Assembly (NCBI GenBank): GCA_963771175.1
Contig: CAVYSY010000026.1
Location: 1-64,000 of the forward strand
Direction of reading: 5' to 3'
DNA: 64,000 bases
Source of the DNA: an uncultured delta proteobacterium
GTDB taxonomy: Bacteria > Myxococcota > Myxococcia > Myxococcales > Myxococcaceae
Part shown: piece after piece, positions 17,816 through 32,669 of the stretch
Layout: each line of letters starts with the position of its first letter
How positions within the stretch are numbered: the first letter of the stretch is position 1
Made by a program: the position numbers and the translations under genes
Notes under the pieces: model-generated
What the model was told of the DNA's origin: nothing
Seen by the model: only the letters and a program-made list of their open reading frames with translations
The model's database searches: none

Positions 17816-19511
17816 TCAGCGCACCTCCGCCGGAGGCCCCAGGCGCAGCTCGCGCAGGGAGAGGAAGTTGAAGGGGTCCACGTCCACGCCGTGCAGGGAG
17901 GCCCGAGTCCGGAAGTAGCGATCGGGGTGGTACAGCGGCGCGATGACGGCCATCTCGTCGAGGAGCACCGCCTGCGCCTGCGCGTAGAGGGCGCGCGAGC
18001 GGGCCTCGTCGGGCTCGGCGTCCGCCTCGTCCAGCAGCTTCTCGAAGCGGTCCATGGGCTCGCCGCCCCGCTGCGTCTCCCAGCCCGTCTGGTGGAGCCC
18101 GTTGCGCTCGAAGAGGGTGAAGAAGGTATTCGGGTGCGCGTAGTCCGCGCCCAGACGGCGCAGGTAGAGATCGTAGGCCCGAGGGCCCTCGGGCGTGCGT
18201 CGGGCCACCTCGGCGGAGAAGTCCGAGCGGGCATCCACCGTCACCTGTATGCCCACGGCGGCGAGCTGCGCGACCAGGCGCTCGGCGATGGCCACCTCGG
18301 GCACGAAGGAGTCTCCCGAGCGGTAGACGAGCCGCAGCGGCCGCTCCAGGCCGGGCACTCCGGCCAGCTCCTCACGGGCGCGCTGGGGAGCGAAGTGGGG
18401 CAGGCGCGCGGCGTCCTCGGGAGTAGCGGCACCGGGCAGCTCGGGCGGCAGGAGGACGTGGGTGGGGCGCGCGGCGGGCAGGAGGCCCTTCATGCAGCGC
18501 CTCGCGGTCGATGGCCCGCGCGAGGGCCCGGCGCACCTCGGGCCGGTCGAGCGGGGGACGCTCGGTGTTGAAGGCGAGGAAGTAGGTGGAGAGCAGCGGC
18601 TCGCGCTGGAGGTCGTCCGGGCGACGGCCCTGGAGGGCCACGGCGCTGTCCACGAAGACGAAGTCCACCCGGCCGCGCTCGTAGAGGGCGGGGCCGATCT
18701 CGGACTTCAGGAGGGTGAGGACGGGCGCGGGGCGCTCACCGGCCTCGAGCTCCGGCTGGAAGGCGGAGTGCGGGTTGTGGACGAGCCGCACGCGCTCGCC
18801 AGCGCGGTCCCAGCGCTCCACGCGGTACGGGCCGAGCGCGAGGGGCCGGCCATCCCGGGGCCGGTCGAAGTAGTCCTGCACCGCGTCCTCGGACCTGCCG
18901 GCGAGGTCGGCGGAGGGCGTGGGGAAGAAGAGGTAGACGTTGGCGAGGCGCGCGAGGAAGTAGCTGCGAGGCCTCACGAGGGTGACGCGCAGGGTGTGTG
19001 AGTCCACCGCCTCGACGCCCACGCGGGCGAGGGCTGCCTTCACCTGCTCGGCGGGGGCCCCCTGGTCCTGGAGGGCGAGCACCTCGTCGGCACCAAGGAG
19101 GTCGCCCATCTCCCCGCGCTCGCGGCCCTGGAGGGCGCGGTGCCAGCCGAGGACGAAGTCCTGCGCGGAGAGGGGAGTCACCCCATCGGACCAGCGCACG
19201 TCCTGGCGGAGGTGGAAGGTGTAGACCTCGTGGCCCTCGGCGGTGCGGGAGCGCTCCCAGCGCCCGGCGAGCCCGGGCCGGACGGAGTGGTCGGGCCCAA
19301 GCGTGGTGAGCCCGCGCTGGGTGGCGAGCATGACGGGGTAGTTGGCCCAGCTATTGGGGTCGGAGTAGCTCCAGTCGAGCGTGGTGGGCATCGCGGGGAC
19401 GACGACCTTCACTCCCGGGTCGGGCTGGAAGCCGCACGGGCCGCAGGCCCCGGCCGCGAGCACCAGGGCGAGCACGAGGGCGAGTCGGAGGAAGCGAGCG
19501 CGAGGAGCCAC
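17816..19511 (-). CDS. Peptide ABC transporter substrate-binding protein, frameshift near 18495
   Basis: YTFHLRQDVRWSDG, GPYRVERW, FLAFNTERPPLDRPEVRRAL; continues in 17816-18493. Confidence 0.85.
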
Positions 19512-19625
19512 CGGGACGGGTTGTATCGCGTCGACCGGGGCCCGTGGGGTCCCGAGTGCGCACCCCTCCCCTCGCCCCCTGGAAGAGGAACGGGGCGAGG
19601 GTGCCTCGCCTCCCAGGTCGCCCCC

Positions 19626-19665
19626 AAAGAAAACGGGCCCCGGGGAGCTCTCCCCGGGACCCGTG
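19626..19665 (-). terminator. Intrinsic terminator after lon
   Basis: Minus strand ACGGGTCCCGGGGAG..CTCCCCGGGGCCCGT then TTTCTTT. Confidence 0.75.
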
Positions 19666-19693
19666 AATCACTTCAGCGCTCGACCCGAGACCG

Positions 19694-22142
<2,449 letters not shown>

Positions 22143-22338
22143 GTATTCGCCACCTACCTGCTTGCCCCGAGGTCGCAAGCCCCAGGAATGTTGCCCGCCC
22201 GCGCTCCCAGAGTGCGTACGGGTGAAGACGGTCTCTATAACACGGCCCCTCCGGCCGCCGTTCCCCGCGTGAAAGATGGGGAACGTTGGCCTGCAAGCAA
22301 GGGAACACCTGGGGGCCATCGGGTGTCCGGCCGGTGCT

Positions 22339-24436
22339 TTAGCGGCCCCGGCTTACGTTCGCAGAGGATGGATGCATGTCCGCCTGGACGCCTAGCGCCA
22401 GGAAGAGGAAGGCGTACAGGTCCGCGATGGACTCGATGGCCTTGGCCACCTGATCCGCCCCGCCGTGGCCCGCGTTGGCCTCGATGCGCAGCAGCGCGGG
22501 CGCATCATGACTCGCGTTCTGCACCGCGGCCATGAACTTGCGCGCGTGCAGGGGGTCGACCCGGTCGTCGTGGTCGGCCGACATCATCAGGAGGGCCGGG
22601 TAGCGCACGCCCGCCCGCACGTGGTGGTAGGGCGAGTAGGCGTGGAGCACCCGGAAGTCCTCCGGGTTCTCCGCGGTGCCGTACTCCGGAATCCAGGTCT
22701 TGCCGCTGCCGAACAGGTGGTAGCGCACCATGTCGAGCAGCGGCACCGAGCACACCACCGCGCCGAACAGCTCCGGGCGCTGCGTCATCGCCGCGCCCAC
22801 CAGCAGGCCGCCGTTGCTGCCGCCCGAGATGGCCAGCTTCTCCGGCCGGGTGTAGCCCTCGCGCACCAGGAACTCGGCCGCCGCGAGGAAGTCGTCGAAG
22901 ACGTTCTGCTTGCGGTGCAGGCGCCCGGCCTCGTGCCACTCCTTGCCGTACTCGCCGCCGCCGCGCAGGTTGGCGCACCGCGTACACGCCCCCGGCGTCC
23001 AGCCAGGGGTAGATGCTCGAGCGGAACGACGGCAGCATGCTGACGTTGAAGCCGCCGTAGCCGTAGAGCAGCACCGGGTTGTTGCCGTCCTTCTTCAGGT
23101 CCTTGCGGTGGACGAGGAACATGGATACCCGCGTGCCGTCCTTGGAGCGGTAGAAGACCTGCTCGACGCGCGTAGCGCTCCGGATCGATGGGCAGGTCCA
23201 CCTTGGCCCACAGCGTCCACCCGCCCGGTGGCCACGGACGTCTTGTAGACCTGCGGCGGGGTGCGTGAAGGAGCTGAAGACGAACTAGGCCTCGTCCCCG
23301 TCCTCCAGGCCGACGAGGTTGCTCGCCGCGCCCACGCCCGGCAGCGCCACGTCGCGCACCGGCTGGCCGTCGAGCGTCGACCAGCCGCACCTCGGTGGTG
23401 GCGTCCTTGAGGTAGGCGAGCGCCAGGTGGCCGCCCACGATGTTGATGCCCTCGAGCGCGGCCGTCGGGTCCTCGGGGACGAGCTCCTTCCAGGCCGAGC
23501 GCTCGGGCTTCTTCGGGGACACCTTGAAGACGCGCTCCTTCGGCGCGCCCTCGTCGGTGAGGACGTAGAACCAGTCCTTCCACACATCGACCGAGTACTT
23601 CGCCCCCTGGCCCTTCACCAGCAGGCGGAAGTCCTTGTCCCCCAGCCGCTTCCACCAGACGTCGTTCTCGCTCCAGCCGCGGGTGACGTAGACGAAGAGG
23701 TACTTGCCGTCGCGGCTGACGCCGCCGTCGAGGAACGTCTTCGGGTCCCCGGTGCGCTCGTGCACCACGGCGTCCGACTTGGGGTCCGAGCCCAGCCGGT
23801 GCAGGCGCAGCTCGGTGTAGCCGGGCCGCTCGGCCACGGGGATGGACGGGTCCATGGGCAGCCACTCGTAGTAGAAGGCCTGGTTGTCCGGCGTCCAGCT
23901 CGGGGAGGCGTACTTGGCGCCCTCGATGACGTCCACCTCCGACCACTCGCCGGTGTCCACGTCCAGCACGTGGAGGATGGCCTCGTCCGCGGCGTTGGGC
24001 TTGTGGGCGAAGGCCAGCTTCCGGCCGTCCCACGAGGGCACCCACACGCCCAGCGACACGGTGCCGTCCTCCGAGTTCCAGGTGTTGGGGTCGAGCAGCA
24101 CCCGCTCCTCGCCCTGCTCCCCCTCGCGCCAGTAGAGGATGGCCTTCTCCTTGTCCTTGTGGGTGCGGACGTAGAAGTAGCGCTCGCCGCGCTCCGCCGG
24201 CGCGGAGACGGACTCCACGTAGAAGAGCTCGGCGAAGCGCTGCTCGAGCGCCTCGCGCCCGGGAAGCGCGCGAGGTGCTCGCGGGTGAAGGCGTCCTGGG
24301 CCTTCATCCACGCCTGCACCTCGGGGGACTTCTCGTCCTCGAGCCAGCGGTAGGGGTCCGCCACCTCCACCCCGTGCAGCGTGTCCACCACCGCCTCGGC
24401 GCGCGTGGCTGGTTGGTTCATCCGCTTCGTCTCCAT
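22339..24436 (-). CDS. Prolyl oligopeptidase (S9A), several frameshifts
   Basis: [39 protein letters not shown] across frames. Confidence 0.9.
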
Positions 24437-24537
24437 AGGTGTGAGAGCAGATAAAGCAACGCCCCCGGCCGTCCCACGAAAAAAGCGGGACAGCGCGGGG
24501 CGGCGCCGTTGCAGCCGGCTCAGCCGAACGCGGAGAG

Positions 24538-25819
<1,282 letters not shown>

Positions 25820-26026
25820 GTATGCCCTCGCTGCGACTGCCTGGAGGTGCGCTCCCCAACCGGCCCGCCCCCCTGCCTACAGCCAATCTAGTCAGCCCCG
25901 TCCGGGGGCGTCCACGCGCCTACGGGGTACTTAACACCCCAAAACAGCCGGCGCAGAAAGCAGAAGCCGGAGACGCGGTACAGCATCCCCGCGGCTCCGG
26001 CCCGTATGCCCCGCCAGCGGGGCGTC

Positions 26027-26648
26027 CTACTTCCGCTCGCCCGGCGGCGAGGCCCCGGCTTCCGGGGAATCTGCGACCTCGTCGATGAGGCCGTACTCCT
26101 TCGCCTCGGCGGCGCCCATGAAGTAGTCGCGATCGGTGTCCTTCTCGACGCGCTCGATGCGTCTGGCCGGTGTGCTTGACGATGATCTCGTTGAGCTTGG
26201 CCCGCATCCGCAGGATTTCCTTGGCCTGGATCTCGATGTCGGTGGCCTGGCCGCGCGCCCCGCCCAGCGGCTGGTGGATCATGATGCGCGAGTTGGGCAG
26301 GGCGTAGCGCTTGCCCTTGGCCCCGGCCAGCAGCAGCACGGCCCCCATGGAGGCCGCCTGCCCCACGCAGATGGTGGACACCTGGGGCTTCACGTACTGC
26401 ATGGTGTCGTAGATGGCGAGGCCCGCCGTCACCGACCCGCCCGGCGAGTTGATGTAGAGGTTGATGTCCTTGTCCGGGTCCTCGGACTCCAGGAAGAGCA
26501 GCTGGGCGACGATGACGTTGGCCACGTCGTCGTCGATCTCCGTGCCCAACATGACGATCCGGTCCTTCAGGAGCCGGCTGTAGATGTCGTACGAGCGCTC
26601 GCCGCGGTGGGTCTGCTCGATGACGTAGGGAACGGGCATGAAGGGCAT
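26027..26648 (-). CDS. clpP: ClpP protease, frameshift near 26160
   Basis: [38 protein letters not shown] in shifted frame. Confidence 0.95.
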
Positions 26649-26683
26649 GAGTACCTCTCGGGGGTCCGAAGGAGAAAAACGCC

Positions 26684-27964
26684 TTAGGAATACTTCGCCT
26701 GAGCCTTCAGGAATTCAATCGTCTTTTCTTCGCGGAGTCGGAGGCTCAACCCCTGGCGCTCCTCCGGATCCTTGAAGTACTTGCGGACGACGGCGACGGC
26801 CTGGTTGGCCTCCTTGGCCAGCTCCTCGATCTTCTTCTCCAGGTCCTCGTCGGAGGCCTGGATGTTCTCCTTCTGGGCAATGGCCTCGAAGAGGAGCGTG
26901 CCCTTCACCTCCTGGGTGGCCTCCTCACGCATCTCCTCGCGCAGCCGGTTGAAGTCGAGGTTGAGCTGACGCGGGTCCATGCCCATGCGGGCCATGGCGC
27001 GCAGCCGGTTCTCCAGCATGTTGTCGATGGTGCGCTCCACCATGGACCTGGGCACGTCGAAGGCGTTGCGCTCGATGAGGGCCTTGATGAGCGCGTCGCG
27101 CTCCTCGCCCTGGGCCTTGTTGCGCTTGCCCTTCTCCAGGTCCGTACGGACCTTCCCGCGCAGCTCCTCGAGCGTCTGGGCCTCGCCCGTCTCCTTGGCG
27201 AAGTCGTCGTTCAGCTCGGGGACGACCTTCTTCTTCAGGCCCTTGACGTCGAACTTGAAGCGGGCCGTCTTGCCCTTCACGTCCTCCACCCGGTAGTCGG
27301 CCGGGAAGGTGTAGTCGATCTCCTTGGCCTCGCCCACCTTGGCGCCCTCGAGGGCGGCCACGTTGGACTCCACCAGCTCACCGGCGGTGATCTCCACGGT
27401 GACGCCGTCGGCCTTGCTGCCGGGGAAGTCCTTGCCGTCCACGGTGGCCACGTAGTCCACGGTGGCGAAGTCACCCGGCTGGGCCACGTCGCGGCCCTCC
27501 ACCGGCTCCAGGCGGGCCATGCTCTGGCGCATCTGCTCCAGGCGGTCCTCCACGTCCTTGTCCGTCACCTGGGTGTCGGTGCGGGTCAGCGGCAGGCCCT
27601 GGTAGTCCTTGGCCTCCACCTTGGGCTTCACCTCGACGCGGGCCTCGAAGGAGAAGGGGCTGTCGGCCTTGAGGCCGGAGTTGTTCGTCACCTGGGGAGG
27701 AGCCACCGCCTCCACGTTGTGCTCCCGGACGGCCTCCGTCCAGGCGCTCTGCACCACGCGCTGGATGACCTCGTCCTCCACCTGCTCCCGGAAGCGCTGC
27801 TCCAGGATGCGGCGGGGCACCTTGCCCTGGCGGAAGCCCGGCAGCTTCACCTGCTTGCCGAGCGCGACGTACGCGCGGGTGAGCTCCTCGGCCACGCGGG
27901 CGTTTTCGACCTCGATGGAGAGCTTCTTCTCGACGGGAGAGAGCTCCTCGACCTGGACCTTCAT
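26684..27964 (-). CDS. tig: Trigger factor
   Basis: PGFRQGKVP signature; position before clpP. Confidence 0.95.
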   Translation of the reverse strand: MKVQVEELSPVEKKLSIEVENARVAEELTRAYVALGKQVKLPGFRQGKVPRRILEQRFREQVEDEVIQRVVQSAWTEAVREHNVEAVAPPQVTNNSGLKADSPFSFEARVEVKPKVEAKDYQGLPLTRTDTQVTDKDVEDRLEQMRQSMARLEPVEGRDVAQPGDFATVDYVATVDGKDFPGSKADGVTVEITAGELVESNVAALEGAKVGEAKEIDYTFPADYRVEDVKGKTARFKFDVKGLKKKVVPELNDDFAKETGEAQTLEELRGKVRTDLEKGKRNKAQGEERDALIKALIERNAFDVPRSMVERTIDNMLENRLRAMARMGMDPRQLNLDFNRLREEMREEATQEVKGTLLFEAIAQKENIQASDEDLEKKIEELAKEANQAVAVVRKYFKDPEERQGLSLRLREEKTIEFLKAQAKYS

Positions 27965-28092
27965 GGGGGGTGCCTCGTTCGCGCCGGGCGCAACGTGGAC
28001 GCCGGCGTGTCGAATGGGTGAAGACAGTGAAGATGTGGGACGTGCGCCTTTAGGAGATAGGTCCGGTCCGGTCAACGCGAAATGGGCCGGAA

Positions 28093-28174
28093 TGGGCGAG
28101 GAGGGACTCGAACCCTCACACCTTTCGGTACCAGATCCTAAGTCTGGCGCGTCTACCAGTTTCGCCACCCGCCC
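28093..28174 (-). tRNA. tRNA-Leu(TAG)
   Basis: GGGCGGGTGGCGAAACTGGTAGACGCG CCAGA-CTTAGGA-TCTGG, long variable arm, GGTTCGAGTCC. Confidence 0.93.
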
Positions 28175-28236
28175 GGGCGCACTCCATGCGTTCTACCGCG
28201 AAAACCGGAGCCCGGCGCACACGAATCCAGGGCCCC

Positions 28237-28279
28237 AAAAAGAAACCGGGGCCCCTTCATTCCTGAAGAGGCCCCGGCG
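28237..28279 (-). terminator. Terminator after tRNA-Lys
   Basis: Minus strand CCGGGGCCTCTTCA..TGAAGGGGCCCCCGG then TTTCTTTT. Confidence 0.65.
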
Positions 28280-28280
28280 A

Positions 28281-28353
28281 TGAGAGCGGAGGGAATCGAA
28301 CCCACAACCTATGGATTAAGAGTCCATTGCTCTGCCAATTGAGCTACGCTCCC
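28281..28353 (-). tRNA. tRNA-Lys(CTT)
   Basis: GGGAGCGTAGCTCAATTGG.. ATGGA-CTCTTAA-TCCAT ..GGTTCGATTCC. Confidence 0.93.
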
Positions 28354-28628
28354 GACTCTTTGCTGCTTGCCGCCGCCGCGGTTCGTCACCGCGCGTCGAC
28401 GGGGACGGCTTGTACGGTTCCTGGCCGCCCACGTCAAATGCTTTTTTTCGAACCGTTCCGCAATCCCCCCGCCACCGGGTGCTGACGCCTGCCTGCCCTC
28501 CGAGCTGGCCTGGACGTCCGTTCAGTAAAGGGGATGCCAAAGCGCTCCGTCCAGGGTTGAATCCGTCCCAAGCTGTGGGCGGACGGTGGTCGTTCGCCCT
28601 TTTCGAAGGCGGAGGCCAGAGCAGCGGC

Positions 28629-29807
28629 ATGGAAGCACACAACAAGGCGGAAACGGCGTCGGGCCAGTGGAGCCCCGAGCGCGTGGAACTCATCAAGCGG
28701 ACCATCTGCCCCCGGGGTATCGGGGAGGACGAGTTCGCCCTCTTCATCGAACAGTGCAAGCGCTCCGGGTTGGACCCGCTGCTGAAGGAGGCCTTCTGCG
28801 TGGCCCGCCGGCAGAACGCGGGCAACCGGGACAAGCCCAACTGGGTGACGCGCTACGAGTTCCAGCCCTCCGAGGCTGGGATGCTGGCGCGCGCGGAGCG
28901 CTTCCCGGACTTCAAGGGCATCCAGGCGAGCGCGGTGTACGCCGAGGATGAGATCATCGTGGACCAGGGCAAGGGCGAGGTGGTGCACCGCTTCAACCCG
29001 GCCAAGCGCAAGGGCAGCCTGGTGGGAGCCTGGTCGCGGGTGGTGCGCGACGGGAAGCTGCCGGTGGTGGTGTGGCTGGACTTCGCGGGCTACGTCCAGC
29101 AGACGCCGCTGTGGGCGAAGATTCCCACGACGATGATCGAGAAGTGCGCCCGCGTGGCGGCGCTGCGCAAGGCGTACCCCGAGGCCTTCGGCGGCCTGTA
29201 CGTGCGCGAGGAGATGCCGGCCGAGGAGTTCGAGCCCGCGGCGGAGCCCGCGCCCTCGACGAGCCACGGTGGCTACGAGGTGCTGGGCGCGCGTCCCGGC
29301 CCCGTGAAGGCGTCCTTCCCTCCCCTGCCCACCACCCCGGTGCAGGTGCAGGCGCCTCTCCAGGTGGAAGCCCCCAAGGAGCCCGTACGTGAGCCAGAGC
29401 CGGCCCCCGCGTCGGCGCCCGTGAAGGCACGCGCCTCCACCTCGGCCAAGGAGTCGAAGCAGGCCAAGGGGAGCAAGGAGCCCACGGCCGCCAAGGAGCC
29501 CGTGGCCGAGAAGGAGACCCCGGAAGCCAAGGAGCCCGCACCGGCCACCGAGCCGGCGTCAGCCACCGAGGCCGCGGCGAAGCTGCGCAGCTCGGCCGTG
29601 GTGGTGGCCTTCGGGACGCACAAGGGCAAGACGGTGTCGGAGCTCAATGACGAGGAGCTGGCCGAGACCATCGACCTGGCGCACGAGAAGCTGATGGAGC
29701 AGCCCAAGGCGAAGTGGGCCCGGGCGATGCGCGAGAACCTCGCGGCGCTCGAGACGGAGGCGGAGCTGCGCTGCCGCGTCCCCACGACGAGCGGCACCGA
29801 CGCCTGA
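28629..29807 (+). CDS. Bet/RecT-family single-strand annealing protein with long low-complexity linker
   Basis: EFALFIEQCKRSGLDPLLKEAFCV, LVGAWSRVVR, WAKIPTTMIEKCARVAALRKAYPEAFGGLYVREEM; C-terminal FGTHKGK module. Confidence 0.85.
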   Translation: MEAHNKAETASGQWSPERVELIKRTICPRGIGEDEFALFIEQCKRSGLDPLLKEAFCVARRQNAGNRDKPNWVTRYEFQPSEAGMLARAERFPDFKGIQASAVYAEDEIIVDQGKGEVVHRFNPAKRKGSLVGAWSRVVRDGKLPVVVWLDFAGYVQQTPLWAKIPTTMIEKCARVAALRKAYPEAFGGLYVREEMPAEEFEPAAEPAPSTSHGGYEVLGARPGPVKASFPPLPTTPVQVQAPLQVEAPKEPVREPEPAPASAPVKARASTSAKESKQAKGSKEPTAAKEPVAEKETPEAKEPAPATEPASATEAAAKLRSSAVVVAFGTHKGKTVSELNDEELAETIDLAHEKLMEQPKAKWARAMRENLAALETEAELRCRVPTTSGTDA

Positions 29808-29874
29808 GCTTCACGGTGAGGTGAGAGGGGCAGAGTCCCCGGCGTGGCGGCACCCTCGAAAGGGGGTGCTGCTG

Positions 29875-29948
29875 CGCGCCCAGAGGGACTTGAACCCCCA
29901 ACCCTCGGCTTCGAAGGCCGATGCTCTATCCAGTTGAGCTATAGGCGC
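29875..29948 (-). tRNA. tRNA-Arg(TCG)
   Basis: GCGCCTATAGCTCAACTGGATAGAGCA TCGGC-CTTCGAA-GCCGA ..GGTTCAAGTCC. Confidence 0.92.
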
Positions 29949-29973
29949 ATAAAAGCGGGGGGAAACTGACGAG

Positions 29974-30048
29974 GGCGGCCAACCGGGATCGAACCGGTAA
30001 CCTCAGGAGTCACAGTCCTGCGCTCTAACCAGTTGAGCTATGGCCGCC
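29974..30048 (-). tRNA. tRNA-His(GTG)
   Basis: G-1, CAGGA-CTGTGAC-TCCTG, C discriminator. Confidence 0.93.
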
Positions 30049-30134
30049 GTTACGTCGAACAACCGTCTTGCAACGTGGCGGCTTCCCTACCGTGGAAACC
30101 GTTACGGTTCAAGCCCTTTGTCACCAAGAAGGGT

Positions 30135-30211
30135 TGGCGCGCCAGGCGGGACTCGAACCCACGACCCTCGGCTTAGAAGGCCGATGCTCTATCCAGCTGA
30201 GCTACTGGCAC
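30135..30211 (-). tRNA. tRNA-Arg(TCT)
   Basis: TCGGC-CTTCTAA-GCCGA; encoded CCA. Confidence 0.93.
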
Positions 30212-30240
30212 CCAGTTCTTCCCGAACAACAGTGCTGCGA

Positions 30241-30316
<76 letters not shown>

Positions 30317-30380
30317 ATGAAGTCCAGCATTGTTGAACCATCCGGAACGGACGTGCAAGGCCAACGTTCCTGACGGCTGA

Positions 30381-30989
30381 TTACTCCCCGACAGGCTGCC
30401 CGCTCGCCCACTTCAGCAAGCGCGGCTTCATCTTCTGGAAGGCCCGGCCCCGGTGCGAGATGGCGGCCTTCTCCTCCGACGTCAGCTCCGCCATCGCCTT
30501 CCCCTGGGGCAGGAGGAAGACGGGGTCATAGCCGAAGCCGTGCGAGCCCCGGGGCTCGTGGCCGATGCGCCCCTCGCAGCGACCCACCTCGATGATGGCG
30601 GGCCCCCGCCCCGGCAGCGCCAGACAGAGCGCGCACATGAAGGCCGCCGTGCGCTTCTCGTCGGGGACCCCGGACAGCTCACCGAGCAGCTTCTCGTAGC
30701 GCGCCTTGTCGCTCCCCTCGGCGTAGCGCGCGGAGTGAACTCCGGGTCGGCCTCCCAGTGCGTCCACGCTCAGCCCCGAGTCATCCGCCAGGGCAGGCAG
30801 GCCGGTGGCCTCGGCGTAGGCGCGGGCCTTCTTCTCGGCGTTCTCCTCGAAGGTGGCTCCGTCCTCCACGGGCTCGGGCACCGGGGGCAGGTCGCTCAGG
30901 GCGAGCACCTCCACGGCGTCCCCCACGAGGCCGCGCAGCTCGCGCAGCTTGCCCGGGTTGGTGGTGGCGAAGAGCAGGCGCGGCTTCAT
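30381..30989 (-). CDS. rdgB: Non-canonical purine NTP pyrophosphatase
   Basis: ATTNPGKLRE, ADDSGL, GFGYDPVF, ISHRGRA. Confidence 0.95.
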   Translation of the reverse strand: MKPRLLFATTNPGKLRELRGLVGDAVEVLALSDLPPVPEPVEDGATFEENAEKKARAYAEATGLPALADDSGLSVDALGGRPGVHSARYAEGSDKARYEKLLGELSGVPDEKRTAAFMCALCLALPGRGPAIIEVGRCEGRIGHEPRGSHGFGYDPVFLLPQGKAMAELTSEEKAAISHRGRAFQKMKPRLLKWASGQPVGE

Positions 30990-30993
30990 GGCA

Positions 30994-31711
30994 TCAGCCT
31001 CCGAGCACCTTCTGCTGGGCCTCGGTGAGCTGGCGGATGGCCGCGAGCCCCGCGTCCAGCATGGCGTCCATCGCCTTGCGGTCGAAGAGCTGGTGCTCGG
31101 CGGTGCCCTGCACCTCGACGATGCGGCCATCGCCGGTGGCCACCAGGTTCAGGTCCACGTCGGCCGTGGAGTCCTCGTCATAGTCCAGGTCCACCCGCAC
31201 CTCGCCCTTCACCACGCCCACGGACACGGCCGCCAGCGGGGTGAGCTTCGGCATGCGCGGCAGCACGCCGTCCTTGTGCAGCTTGCGGATGGCCAGCGCC
31301 AGCGCCACGTAGGCACCGGTGATGGAGGCCGTGCGGGTGCCGCCGTCCGCCTGGAGCACGTCGCAGTCCAGGGTGAAGGTGCGCACGCCCAGGCCCGGCA
31401 GGTCCACCGCCGCGCGCATGGAGCGGCCGATGAGGCGCTGGATTTCGAGCGTGCGCCCGGTCTGCTTGCCCTTGGCCGCCTCACGATGGGTGCGGGTGTG
31501 CGTGGAGCGCGGCAGCATGCCGTACTCGGCCGTCACCCAGCCCGTGCCCTTGCCCATCAGGTGCGGCGGGACCCTGCTCCTCCACCGAGCAGGTGACGAG
31601 CACGCGGGTGTGGCCGAACTCCACCTGGGTGGAGCCCTCGGCGTAGCGGGTGGCCGCGGGGGTGAGGGTGACAGGGCGCAGATCCAGCGCCCCACGGTTG
31701 AAGGACCGCAT
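30994..31711 (-). CDS. rph: Ribonuclease PH, frameshift near 31575
   Basis: [41 protein letters not shown]. Confidence 0.95.
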
Positions 31712-31791
31712 GGGAGGCTCCTCGGGAAGGGAAATGGGCCGCCTCTCTAGCAGACGGACAGCCCGTTGTCCGGGAGGAGTGAGGTCCAGTG

Positions 31792-32601
31792 TCAGGGGGC
31801 CGCGGGAGCCGCCACCTGGGGGGACTTCGGGGCGTCGCGCCTGCGCACCTCGGTGAGGAAGGCCCTCACGCCCTCGGAGATGGCGGTGGCGAGCTGCTCC
31901 TGGTACTCGGCACGGCCCAGGCGCCCCCCCTCCTCCGGGTGGGAGAGGTAGCCCACCTCGATGAGGATGGCGGGCGCCTCCACGCCGTTGAGCACGTAGA
32001 AGGGCGCCTGCAGCACGCCCCGGTTCGAGCCCCCCGTGCTGGCGATGAGCTTCTGGTGGACGGCGTACGCCAGACGCGAGGAGTCCTGGTGCGCCTCGGT
32101 GCGCGCGAGATCCTGGAGGATGAAGGCCAGCGTGGAATCGCCTCTCGCTTCCCGCGCCGTCGGGGCCTCTGCGTTCTCACGGTCCGCGGCGGCTCGCGCC
32201 AGGTCGTTGGAGGCACTGGCCGAGAGGAAGTACGTCTCGATGCCCTGAACGCGCGCGCGCGTGCGCTTCGTGGGCATCGCGTTGCAGTGGATGGACAGGA
32301 AGAGGTCCGGCCGCTGCTTGTTGGCGAACGACACCCGCTCGGGCAGGGGCAGCGACTGGTCCTCGTCCCGGGTCATCAGCACCTGCGCGCCCAGCTCCTT
32401 CTCCAGGTGCTCCCGCACCCGGTGGGCAATCTGGAGCGACACCTCCTTCTCGAGGAGTCCCGTGGGGCTCGTCGCGCCCTCCTGGGCCCCCCCGTGGCCC
32501 GGGTCCACCACGATGCGAGGAGGTCGCTCGGCCGCGAGAGACGACCTGGCCGGGCAGAGAAGAACGAGCACGCTGCTGAGAACAAGGAAGCGGAACGTCA
32601 T
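31792..32601 (-). CDS. N-acetylmuramoyl-L-alanine amidase (Amidase_3)
   Basis: IVVDPGHGG, FLSIHCNA, PAILIEVGYLS. Confidence 0.92.
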   Translation of the reverse strand: MTFRFLVLSSVLVLLCPARSSLAAERPPRIVVDPGHGGAQEGATSPTGLLEKEVSLQIAHRVREHLEKELGAQVLMTRDEDQSLPLPERVSFANKQRPDLFLSIHCNAMPTKRTRARVQGIETYFLSASASNDLARAAADRENAEAPTAREARGDSTLAFILQDLARTEAHQDSSRLAYAVHQKLIASTGGSNRGVLQAPFYVLNGVEAPAILIEVGYLSHPEEGGRLGRAEYQEQLATAISEGVRAFLTEVRRRDAPKSPQVAAPAAP

Positions 32602-32669
32602 GCCAGCGCGGATCGTAGAGGGCCGCACGGCCGACCGCCAGCGGCCGACCGCACGGAGCTGTCCGGCCC

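Noticed and set aside
19660..19674. CCCGTGAATCACTTC shared with both rsmE repeats (2467, 7230)
   Set aside because: A single 15 bp match is plausible by chance in 64 kb, and here it abuts the lon terminator stem
26684..28168. N-terminal extension of trigger factor in the ORF track
   Set aside because: The extension runs through tRNA-Leu; the real start is MKVQVEEL at 27964
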